Assembly: GCF_964355755.1 (NCBI RefSeq)
Contig: NC_092672.1
Location: 28,588,437 to 28,652,436 of the forward strand
From: Antedon mediterranea
Lineage: Eukaryota > Animalia > Echinodermata
Length of the DNA stretch: 64,000 bases
Reading direction: 5' to 3'
The notes beneath the pieces are model-generated. The model had not been told where the DNA came from. It saw only the letters and a program-made list of their open reading frames with translations, and did no database searches. Positions 37,159 through 50,300 of this stretch are shown here, in pieces (position 1 is the stretch's first letter; each line of letters starts with the position of its first letter). Both the position numbers and the translations under genes were made by a program.

Positions 37159-38375
37159 TTAATTATTCTTACTTCACACACAAGCATGTACAGTATGTCT
37201 TTCATGTGAATAATGTATCGTTTTAATTATTCACGTTGTGTTCGTTCCTTTTGGTCAACGTCGTTTTCACAAATTGCAAACATGCATAATACGACTATAT
37301 TGCATTCTCAAAAGTTTCTTGATTTCAATCAATTTATTTCGAGTGAATAGACAAATGCACGTGTTTATGATACCAATTAACTCGTAATTTATTAATATTG
37401 TTGACAATAAAAATCAACGAAATATTGGTTAATTTAGTGTTAATTAAAGATGTATTGTCTGAAATTTTTTTTGGATTCTTTTTGTTGAATATGCTATTTT
37501 AAAGTCAAATAATAAATATTCAGTTTGACCAAAAATTGGATCGAAAAAAAAACTATTTACCTGAAAAAATTGTAATTTAAAGCAAAACATAGTCAAAATG
37601 TGTTTTGGTTGAATTTTACGATTTATTTTGTCATTTTACATTATTATTATTTTTTTTTTTACAGAAGAGATTAAACTTTATTAAAACTACAAAATAACTT
37701 ATTCAAAGTCTGATTTCATTATTCTTCATTTTCATGTTAATGGGGAAAATACATCTTTAAAGCATGCAGAAGTATACATTGTACAGAGCGGATTATTTGA
37801 GACCGTAATAGCAAATCGTGTACATTAATGATTGCTGAACAATGTGACAGAACCTGTGTTTGTGACTACACGTATTGTGTACAGTACCGTACGTCATATC
37901 TCACATTAAATATTAGTTGTAATTTTAATTAACAAAGCAAACGAAATTGGGTGAATATGATCGTGTTGACAATTATTTGTACAAACATATAATACGCATG
38001 ACATCATACGTGGTCGGTACAATCGGGAAGTTCATTACGACGGCGGTTGAGGAAACGATATTATTCTTCAATTGATCAAACTAGCTTATTAAGAAATTCT
38101 CGTCACGTGATGATTTTGCAGACCTATGGCTAAACACACTGAAATACGTGTAATTCAATCGCGTGGTTCTAAAATGTAGAACTTTCTATTATTGGTTAAT
38201 ATAACATTTTTGTTTTCTTAATATGAATGATTTACATTTTCCTTGATTGCTTCATCATATTCTTATTAATTTGTTGTTGTTTATTAAAATCCAAATTATT
38301 AGGTATTTGTCAATCAAAATATAGAGAAATAATATAGTTAGGTATTTCACACGTTATGTAAGTCGTTACCAAAGA

Positions 38376-38496
38376 AACAAGGCCATATACATTTCTGCAG
38401 TCGCGCGCTCAAATTTGAGCTAGTGTTTACCGACCGACCGACCGACCGATCCACCGACCGACCGACATAATGAGCCGTAGATTCGCACGCGACTAA
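38376..38496 (-). mobile_element. Short DINE-1/HINE-like element with (CCGA)n
   Basis: Reverse-complement match to 31386-31497. Confidence 0.7.
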
Positions 38497-38954
38497 ATAT
38501 ACGTAGACGTATTTAGGGCTACCATATTTCATATATTGAACGTGTTACACTGTAGAATACTATAGACGTGTCCGTACTATTAAATCGTAGGCCTTTGTAT
38601 AGTTTATTCAATAAGAATATTAAATTGAGGATTTTGGATAAGAAATAAATTTAGCCGACATATGTTCGAACCCGGCCTCAAATAAGAACATTCTATCATT
38701 ATTTCAATTCAAGTTCACATTTATTTAGCAAAAGAAGATTTCTGTATTATAACCACATAACAGGCCACACTACAGTACTATACAGGCCGGGTGAATTGAA
38801 TGGTTTACGAGGATATCAGTCGCGTTTGAAATCCACCGGGTTTATTTTGGACGCGATAAGTTTACTTTAAATGGTTTTCATTTGATCATAGGAAATGTAG
38901 AAAATGAAAACAAAGAAGGATAATAGAGATCAACAGAGACCAACACTGTTGCTG

Positions 38955-39357
38955 TTATTATTTATTTATACTGGGCGACCTCTTCAGTCAAAGACTGGTC
39001 TCCCATAGGGTCCAGATATAACCAGTGGCTGTGTACATGTCTCGAAAGATGCACGTCATATATATAAACTTTATTTATTCACGAGACTGATGTACAGTAC
39101 AACTCATTCAATCAACATTGATTGTTTTTACACAAGTTCGTAATATTACAAAATAATCCAAGGGCCATATAAATACGAAAAAAGTAAGAAAAAAATTGAA
39201 ATTGAAAAGAAAATGAGCATGAGCTAGATGTTTACATAGTCATTATCCGAGAAGACTCGTTCTATACCAACAGAATGATAGCGTAAGTGAGCCTCGAACA
39301 CTTGGTGAACGGAGTGATGGCAGTAAACTATAGGTTATCAGTTGCTTGCACTCACTC
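38955..39357 (-). mobile_element. Degraded, interrupted copy of the tRNA-derived SINE at 61591
   Basis: 38965-39055 matches the SINE tail and 39243-39357 the head, both in reverse complement. Confidence 0.75.
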
Positions 39358-41363
39358 TAGGAGAATCTAGGCCTGCCCTCGTAGCACAGGTTCCTCCAAA
39401 AAAACGACCGCTAAATCGAGGCGACGAAACACCACATAATGAAATATCCTGTAGGCCTAAGTTTTTTTTGGTTAGGAAAACAAAAAATCAATATTTAACA
39501 TTATACCATATGAAAATCTTTTATTTTAATAGTAAGCCTAGGCCTAACAGACAATCGATACAATTTGACACAAGGTAGAGCATTGATTTAATTAGCATGG
39601 TTTAGATAGATGAACCTATTAAAACGGAGGAGTAATTAAATAACAGTCATAACTTCAGTCTATTTTATTTATATTCAACCTGTTAGTGGCGGTTTCATCG
39701 CCGTTGGTTGTGAACTGAAAAAATAAAATAAACATCTTTCCCGATTATCATTCATTTTCATTCATTTATTCTTTATTTCGTAATCAAATGTACATATACA
39801 GATACAAAGCTCATTAACTAATATACATAATAAAACAATACAATAAAAATACAAACGCCCATGAACCACTAACTGGTAATTCGTGTAGGCCTACATTAAA
39901 TTCAATCTCTCGGAGTAAAAATCCCCAGTTTGCATCCATTGATAAGCCGTATAAGGTCTTTCTCATAAGGCACATAACAAGGATATTATTAGAGTGGTTT
40001 TTTAAACTTCTAAATTTAGAACGCCAACTGTTATACCGAACAGACGAATTTTAGTACATACTACACTACAGTGTTTTAATAGGCATATTATTCTAATCAT
40101 TATTATTATGAACAATACATGTTACATATTATAAACATAAAGCGCCTGAATTACGAACGTTCTCAATCAATTATAGCAGTATTGCCATAGAGGTGTAGGC
40201 ATACGTAATTGAGAGACGTTACTGTACAAATCCAGCATTATCTCATGTGAGCTCATTATGCTGCATGAAAGAACGTGCAATTAGCATAAATATCGACAAA
40301 ATTAAGAATGACACTGCTTTGAAATTGCTTCTTAGATGTGCTGTACAAGGTCGTGGAATTAAGACGCGCGGGTATCAATGCTGATAACGTTTGTAGACAA
40401 GGATTTCCAGTAACATCTCAAATATTGGGTAAATATACATACACTTATCGACGCCTTTTAACGATTGATTTTAAGTTTATGTACAGAAAATTGCTTGATT
40501 GTAGCCTAGAGTATCTATTAATACTAAATTAATATACGAAGTTATCAATTCTTCTGGGAGCGCTGATAGCGAACTGCACAGGATTGAAAATATTATATTC
40601 GTAGAGCTGCTGAAGAATATCAAACGATAAAACCAAAATAATGAGCCACATAGTTTCGAGGGTGAACACCTTAAACAATATTCCATATTCTCATTCTATT
40701 TTTTTTTAGTTTTAGTTGTAGGGGAGGGAGATCATACTCTCAAGTTAATTGTAGGTATATTGTAAGTGATATTATAATTTGTTAAAGAATGTAACTGAAA
40801 TGCAATCCACCCAGGAGCGGTGATTTTATTTTATTGTATTATATTTTCAGTTCCACCCAAGATAGCTGATTCCCTCAGGTGTATCCAGACAATTATCATA
40901 ATTATTTTCGTAGTATCATATGCAACATTCTAACTACAGTATCACATATGACATTATACTCGCGTACCAACGTTAAAAATAACTCAATTGGTACAGTTGT
41001 GACGAACGTATGACACTGTATCATGGGAACGTTTATAAGATACTGGGCAGAATTTAGATACTACGTTAAATCGCGTGCCTATGAAGACATCTTCATTGAG
41101 TTTGCTATGACCTAATGTAAACTGTTTTATTCTGTTTAAAGGTCTTTTTGGTTTGATTACAAATCGTACGACCTTACTATTAAATTGTTATAGATTGTAA
41201 ATGATTACTAATGTTATTAATAATAAACACAAGAAGTATATATTAATGCGGCAGAGTTATACCAGCATGTACGCGTATAAGGTGTATGGTTAACTCAGTG
41301 TCAGTTATATACGATATATAACTTTAAAAATGTTTATGTTTCTATCATATAGAAATATTGAAA

Positions 41364-44300
41364 ATGGGGTTCAGATCGGTGTTCCAGTCATTTATCGGCC
41401 GTTTGTTGAGGGTCAAATCAGTGGATGTATCTGGCAACGACAAACAGGAGGTTCCTGGGAAACTCTCCCGATGTCTTTCTACCCTGGATTTGGTATCCTT
41501 AGGCGTTGGCAGTTGCATGGGAACCGGAATGTACGTAGTGTCCGGTTTGGTGGCAAGGGAAATGGCTGGACCGGGGGTAATCATTTCATTTATGATAGCA
41601 GCTCTAGCCTCTATATTATCAGGTAAGTTACGTTTTTATATACAAAAAAATGTCTAATTATGTACATCGGTGATGGTATTCAGTCCACGAACACCCACAC
41701 ATTTTTATATGAACCTTTGTTGGTGGTGTGTTGATATTATTGGTTACGGCTTTTGTACGCGCGTTCAAATGTTGATGATAATAATAATACTTTTGTACGC
41801 GCATGTTCAAAGACCTTGTAACATTTATTTACTTAAATACTCATAAGAAATACCAATAAAGCATAGTTTAACCGCATTATTCAATACACGCGTGACATAA
41901 AACATCGTGCATAATAATTACATCACTCTGACCCTGAAATATTATGACTGCTTTAATTTGATACTTAACACAGTATCCTCATAATTATAGTTATGCAACC
42001 TAAATTAGAATGCTATTTAAACCTCAACTCAGCTAAACTATTTTTTAAAATTTATTGACATTACCACAGGGTAATTTGGTCTCCTGATTAAAAAACACAA
42101 CTCTTGCAGGCCTACTGTACAATGTATGGCTAACATATTTGATAGATACAGAGAATGTAATAATATTTCTAATCATAAGTTTGTCATAATGTCGAATTCT
42201 TTTCATATCTTATTGCAATTTATATCCGCTAATCTTCTTCTCGATACAGTGGACTCAGGGTGTCCGAGCAGCAGCTGTCGTTAACGATAAGGTTCCCCCG
42301 TGCCTAACGATCATGTGCCAATCTATCTGTTGCCATGGTTGTACGACCAGTCTTTGCTGTTACTCCATCCATCCATCTTAGCTTGTCCTCTTGACCGTTT
42401 ACCTTGCACAGCTCCCATTAAAATATCTTGTTCTAGTCCCCGGTATCTAGCCGAAAAGTTGTAATTATTGTCTTTCAACAAATTCCATAAGCCTCCGTTT
42501 TGTCCGATCTTATCCAATTAAATTCCATATTATTGAAATGTGTGTTTTTCTGAGACTACAGCACAATTAAATAAAAAACGAAACAAAACAGAAGAGTACA
42601 CAGCCATCCTCTAACATTCAGTGCTGTAATGGCAGATGGAAGAATTAAGAAATGCTATTTCGTATCGTAATTTCAAGTTCAACTCATCCTCTCTTTAAAA
42701 CAATTGATGACGCGCACATTTATTATAGTTCACGAGCCAGATTCACAATTATTATTGTAGGTTTTGCCAAATGAAAAATTAACTATTTTGTTAGTTAAAC
42801 AATACACGGCACAACAATCGTTCGAATATAAATCGTGCCAGACTACATTATAATGCCTTATGTCGGTATAAGGTAGGCAATAGAGTCTAGTAAATAAGCA
42901 ATTTGGCAAACCAATATGGCAAATACGTGCTTCTGTGTTCTGTGTGTAGAGTAACTTAAAATTATGCTGTGGAATTGGTTGAAGACAGTCTGTAGTTAAA
43001 TTTATCGAGCATTAAGATATCAGAACCGATACCACAATGACACAAATCATAATCATTTTCAGTGTTGTCAGCATTGGCATTTTGAACGTTCAACATTATT
43101 ACATCACCATGATAATTAGACGTCATAACCATCTGCATAGTCAGGTTTGCTAATTAATATCTAATATTTAATCATCATATTTCCATCAACATATTCGTTG
43201 TTAACACTCTTATCATTATCATATTCTTCGTCGTCATTGTCTTCATATACATTAATCATCGTCATCATCACGATCGTTATCATTGATGTCATTACCGTTA
43301 TCATTAATGTTATAAAAATAATCTTCATCATTATCATTTTCAAAAGCCTCATCTGCATATTCTTAAATGCATATTATTTTTGTATTATTGTTTTATTACA
43401 AGAGCCAATTACAGGATAGATACTATTTTATTATTTTATTATTTTATTTTATTTTATTATCGTGCTTATAAACCAAGTCTCATTCGAGGCTTGATGAGTG
43501 GAGTTGAAAGAGTCTTGAATAACAACCCTGGTAATAGGTAAAGATTGAACCCTTGGACCTTGAGATTGGAAGGAAAGTACCTTAATCAACAAGCTACAGC
43601 TCCACTACTATTAACATTATTCTATTGTTTTTAATTATTATTATTATTATTATTATTATTAATCTTCATTAGCATAATCACTGTGACTAGTCATTGCAAC
43701 CATTTATCATCACCATAATTCAGCATCTAAAAAGTAAAACCGGTAATAGACGAAACCACTTCAATAGATTGTTAAACTATCGACAAACTCATCACGTATT
43801 ACCAAAATGTACACTTCATGTCAACAACATTCACGGCTTAGTGACGAAAATGACGTCATACGTGACGACACAAACATGACACATTCTCAAACATTAGCAA
43901 ACACAAACATGATTTAGTCAAGAGAGACTATCAATAATTTTAATTAGAAATTCTCTTTTATCTTATTCAATGCAATCATTTTTATAATGTTATTCTGGAA
44001 ACAGTGTGCTTATTATACGGTACTTATACAATATTTAAGCTTAGGGTTTGCGAATTTTCTTTTTCTCTTTGTACGTTTGTTGATATGGATGAAATTTCCG
44101 AAATAAAAGAAAATGAATATAATTATAAGAGAGGACGATCATTTGTATGCACTCATCCACAAACATGGGTTAGGAAATTGTTTCAAACTACAAATTATAG
44201 TCGAGCTAACGTATTTTACCCTGTTTGATCTTTGACCTGTGTTAAAGCCCATTGGACGGCAAGAAAATGACGTTATATATTTTTCCGATTCCCAACCCCC

Positions 44301-47300
44301 CCCCCATCCCACCAAAAAATACAATAATATAATGTAAACAGCGCAAACATTTAAACAGAAAGAAAGTACTCAATTTAATTATTTAATCTCATCTAAAAAT
44401 ATGTTTCCATCTCGAGAACAGTCTTATTAAAGGTAATTACGATATTACGTATTCACTTTAAGCGTGGTTCCCACTAGCGACGCAACGCAAGGACGTAACG
44501 CAACGCAAGTGAATTGACCAATCACAAGTGATGGCTTATTCGCTTTTGATTGCTAACTGTCTATAACTTCGCCTGTCATTGGTTAAAACGCTTGCGTTGC
44601 GTTTACGTCCTTGCGTTACGTTCTAGTGGGAACCAAGCTTTAGTTCGACCAATATGATACGTAACAGTACAAATGATACTGAAATACATGATAGAATTTT
44701 GTTATTTCGTCATCTATAGTGACACGAATGCATTTAACTGAATTGAATTAGGTTATTGCATAACAATTGTAAACCATATCGATTTCTAAATTAAATATCA
44801 CGAATTTCTAATTTTAATAAACATACAAATCCAATACTATTTTTCAGTGCTATGCTGATTCCAAAGATGAATCGAATAATAAATATTATAATGATATTTA
44901 TGTCAGGTGATAGTTATTTGCTAAAGCTCTGTCTACACTATCAAACTAGTTTGACAAAAAAGAAAGGTGTGATGTGTTCAAATATGGTAGTGATATGACG
45001 TCACCGTGTGTATTACGGGCACACCACATTAGACAGAGCTTACCACTACATTATCCTCGTCTAAATTATGTATAATTATGTAAATATATATAATCATTTA
45101 TATCATAAGAACAGTCCCATATCCCAATTAGTATATCTCGCTTCCTCACCGCCTAATTGCACATGATTTACAAAGTGATAGTAAACATAAAAAACACAGA
45201 AAAACACACTGCAGCAAGAATGAATGAGCTCGATATAAAAGGGCATGGAACTACAAGCAAATTGCTTAGTTTTCATCTTAAATTGTGAAAGATTATTTGA
45301 ATTTCTCAGTATTCTACCGTTGCATTCACACATAGAAGGTGGAATTAGATCTGCTGTTCTGATAGATTTATGAAGGTGGTGGGCCAATTTACGGCAGTGT
45401 TGTGTTCCACTCACGACAGTGTCCAACCACAGCAGTGTTCCACCCACAGCAGCGTTCAACCTACAGTAGTGTTCCATCTACTGCGGTGTTCTAAACACAG
45501 CAGTGTTTCCCCCTACTGCAGTGTTCAACTCTAAAATAATACAATATCGTAATAAGAACAAACAGAAATGTTGATAATACAAATGATTTCATTCGAATGA
45601 CTTCAAATACCACATTCATGTCACCGATTAAAAGTCCTTTATGAGTGTTACAAAATCAACATTCAATTTTTTTCTCTCATTGAATCGTTCATCTATATGT
45701 TAAATTATTCAAGACTTAAAATCGATTTTTAGGATTTTATTACTGCGTTAGCTACGTAACGCATGCAGCTGCATTTCAATCTATAATATCATCTGTCTCA
45801 CGCGTATATTATTTTTTTTATTCAAAAAACATCTAGTAATATAATTTAATACCATACACAATTTATTATAAAACCGGACTGTTAATTATTGATTTTTTCT
45901 TATTTAAATGCTTGCAACATAGAACACGTTTAGTTTATAAATGCAATTCAGGATGAGGATTCTGTTATATTTGAAATGTGTTCTAGCATTTGTCCGACAA
46001 AGTAAAACAAAATGATGATGGTGATGATGATGATACGAGTAAGAAATTGATGATGATACGAGTAAGAAATTGATGATGATACGAGTAAGAAATTGATGAT
46101 GATACGAGTAAGAAATTGATGATGATACGAGTAAGAAATTGATGATGATACGAGTAAGAAATTGATGATGATACGAGTAAGAAATTGATGATGATACGAG
46201 TAAGAAATTGATGATGATACGAGTAAGAAATTGATGATGATACGAGTAAGAAATTGATGATGATACGAGTAAGAAATTGATGATGATACGAGTAAGAAAT
46301 TGATGATGATACGAGTAAGAAATTGATGATGATACGAGTAAGAAATTGATGATGATACGAGTAAGAAATTGATGATGATACGAGTAAGAAATTGATGATG
46401 ATACGAGTAAGAAATTGATGATGATACGAGTAAGAAATTGATGATGATACGAGTAAGAAATTGATGATGATACGAGTAAGAAATTGATGATGATACGAGT
46501 AAGAAATTGATGATGATACGAGTAAGAAATTGATGATGATACGAGTAAGAAATTGATGATGATACGAGTAAGAAATTGATGATGATACGAGTAAGAAATT
46601 GATGATGATACGAGTAAGAAATTGATGATGATACGAGTAAGAAATTGATGATGATACGAGTAAGAAATTGATGATGATACGAGTAAGAAATTGATGATGA
46701 TACGAGTAAGAAATTGATGATGATACGAGTAAGAAATTGATGATGATACGAGTAAGAAATTGATGATGATACGAGTAAGAAATTGATGATGATACGAGTA
46801 AGAAATTGATGATGATACGAGTAAGAAATTGATGATGATACGAGTAAGAAATTGATGATGATACGAGTAAGAAATTGATGGTGATACGAGTAAGAAATTG
46901 ATGGTGATACGAGTAAGAAATTGATGGTGATACGAGTAAGAAATTGATGGTGATACGAGTAAGAAATTGATGGTGATACGAGTAAGAAATTGATGGTGAT
47001 ACGAGTAAGAAATTGATGGTGATACGAGTAAGAAATTGATGGTGATACGAGTAAGAAATTGATGGTGATACGAGTAAGAAATTGATGGTGATGATGATGA
47101 TACGAGTAAGAAATTTATGATGATACGAGTAAGAAATTGATGATGATGATGATGGGAGTAAGAAATTGATGATGATGATGGGAGTAAGACATTGATGGTG
47201 ATGATGATGATGATGATGGGAGTAAGAAATTGATGATGATGATGATGATGGGAGTAAGAAATTGATGATGATGATGATGATGGGAGTAAGAAATTGATGA

Positions 47301-47330
47301 TGATAATGATGATGATGATACGAGTAAGAA

Positions 47331-47380
<50 letters not shown>

Positions 47381-50300
47381 AAGAAATTGATGATGATAAT
47401 TATGACGATGATGATACGAGTAAGAATTCATGATGATACATTTTATGAATATGATTATGCGGATGTAGAAGATGAGGATTAAGATCATGTTGCTGATGAT
47501 AGTGATGATGTTAATAATGATGATAATATTGTAATGACAATGAGGATGTCTGAAAACATTTTTACTTGAAGAATTAGATTTCCCTGAACATTATATTTAA
47601 GTACATTGTTATTCCACCGAAATTATACCATTGCTTAGATTATAGGCTTACTACAAACAAATAAACAAAGTTAAATTAACGAAATAGAAGAATTATCGTC
47701 TTATTTGTAGAATAATTGACGGTAACGAGACATAATAGGCACTTTCATGGCACGCACGTGACCTCCGCATTTAAATTAATGCTCAAAATTAATCCACATT
47801 ATCATAATGGAATTCTTCCAGTTATCTACGAGCCGCTCGATGTATCGCTGTTTTACAAGTATTTATGGAAATACCGTTGATTAAAATTTGCCTGTGTGCA
47901 ATGATCTGTACACGTTGTAAAGAGAAAGCCTAGGCTCGTGTTTAGAATCTGTAGTTGACAGTGTAATTTATGATAGCCTAGGTATAAACGGACTACAGCT
48001 ACTACGAATCAATAAATAATCAACGCCCGAAGCTACGAATATTTAAATGATGTGTGCAGCATGTATTTTTGGCGCGCTGCTGCAGACGACACTTATTTCC
48101 CAGAAGTGTAAATTCACATTTAAAAAATGTTTTATTGGTTCTTTATGTTGTTAAAATGTGCTATATATGTCAATAATGCCTGTCAAAATATACGATTTGT
48201 ATTTGATAAATAGTGTTAGAAAATTCCACGTTTAGGCCTATATTTCAATTGGATTTATCGAGTCAGTGCTTGTTCTGCTTCTCTGTGAAGGTGTCAAGTT
48301 AACAACATAAATTATGCAGGATCGTTTAATTAATTATTGAAAAAATATCAAACACAGGCAACTAGGCAAATTCCAGAATATTAAATGCTACCACCATAAA
48401 TTTCCCTGCGCCAGTACGGCGAGCGCAGTGTTAATATTTTATCGAACACCGCAAATGGCTTTCTGACATGTAGGCCTAACCTGCTCAGCATAGCGCCCGT
48501 TCAGGCTTAATTATTTACTCGGGTAGCATTATTATATTTTTTCCTATGAGGTTAAGGCAGAAATCATGAATAATTCATTACCTTAATTATTGTCTATTAC
48601 AGTATAAAGAATTGCAAGATAGATGATCTACTTCCTAATTATTGATTCCTACCCACCAACAATAGTGATAACTGTGCCTAAAACCAACTTACTCTGGCAA
48701 ATAAGAAGCCTGACAACAACTCAGAATTACGGAAAGAGAAATTAAACACAGTAGACATTTATTCAATTAACTATTGCAATTTGCGGTAACCGACCTATAA
48801 ACCACATCTCCGTACTTACTTAAGTTATTATTATGTTAAATAAACGATTAAGTGTAATACATTGATTACTTAACGCGTGTTGACGCAAAATGAATGACGT
48901 TGTTGACACTAAAAAGCATTACAGGAATTCCAATGCGTTTATGCCAAGCGTTGACAAATGTGTAAACGCGTTAGAATTGCTCCATCTGGAACACCTTAAT
49001 GATGCACAGTTACACTTTAGGTATGAAACTTGAACACATAGGCCCTACAATATTATTTCAGAAACATGTAAATTAAAATGCGTCAAAACCAACTTTTTCT
49101 TTTATCTGTTTGAAAAATTCAATGATTCTCTTTAACATTTGTCTTTAACGTTTTCCTTCGATCGAGGAATGAGTAGTAATACTGATTAAACCTAACATTT
49201 TTTTAGAATCGCCCACCCACGCGCGCAATACAATCTTCTCCAGCTTTTTAATTTTTTAGGTTCATTGGTATGTATTTGATAAAATAATAACATGGCAACA
49301 TTCTCAAGCTTTTTAAAATTGTTGGATTCATTTGTATGTAGGCCTATTTCATAACATCTTTTAAATCCGACGGAGGTTCGATCCAAATTAAGATACAACG
49401 CATTAAATCGAAAATATGCCAACAGATTCAAATTTATTCTGTAAAAAAACCCCCAAAAATTGAAGGAATTAAATGGCAGCTCCGATTTTAAAATGTATTT
49501 TGTATTTAAACATTGGTTAAAAAAACATTGGTAATAAACCCACTTATTTGGAGTCGTGGATTCAAGACCTTTAAAAATAGTGCTCCTAAATGACTTTTTT
49601 TCAAACATGTTAAATCCGGAGCTACCCTTCCAATTGTAAATTTTTGTTATGATTTCAGGCGTTTGTTACGCTGAATTTGGAGTTAGAGTACCGAAAACCA
49701 CCGGATCAGCCTATATGTACAGTTACGTCACAGTAGGAGAGTTCTGCGCATTTGTGATTGGATGGAATCTTATATTAGAATATCTTATTGGTACAGCAGC
49801 TGGTGCTAGTGCATTAAGTAGCTGTTTTGATTCTCTGTTTCAACACTCATATAGTAATTTTATGATGGATAATGTCGGAGGGTTTGGAATACATAGTAAG
49901 TAACCTTCACAGTGTGTTTTCCCCTCCTCCCCGCCCTCCTCCCTCTCTTTCATAATGTTATACGCTGACCACTAACAGTAAAGATATTTTGGTTTTCAGC
50001 GACCCCGGTTCGAATCATACCTCTCCTTAATTTTGTATCATTATTAAATTACAAACTTAATCCTATGTGGTTAAATAAAATAATAAACGTGTGTTTGAAT
50101 CATTTCAGATAAAACATACCCCGATGTCTTGGCTATGCTCATCGCTATCATTATGACGTTGGTCATCGCAGCTGGGGTTCAAAAGTCAATTTTGTTCAAC
50201 AACGTACTCAATATAATTAACGTAGCTGCTTGGGTCTTTATTATCGTAGCAGGACTGTTTTTTGCTAATGGTGAAAACTGGAGAGAAAATGGATTCTTTC

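Noticed and set aside
45983-47488. 501-aa ORF
   Set aside because: Translation of a stop-free 23-bp satellite within an intron; 23-aa periodicity and no domain.
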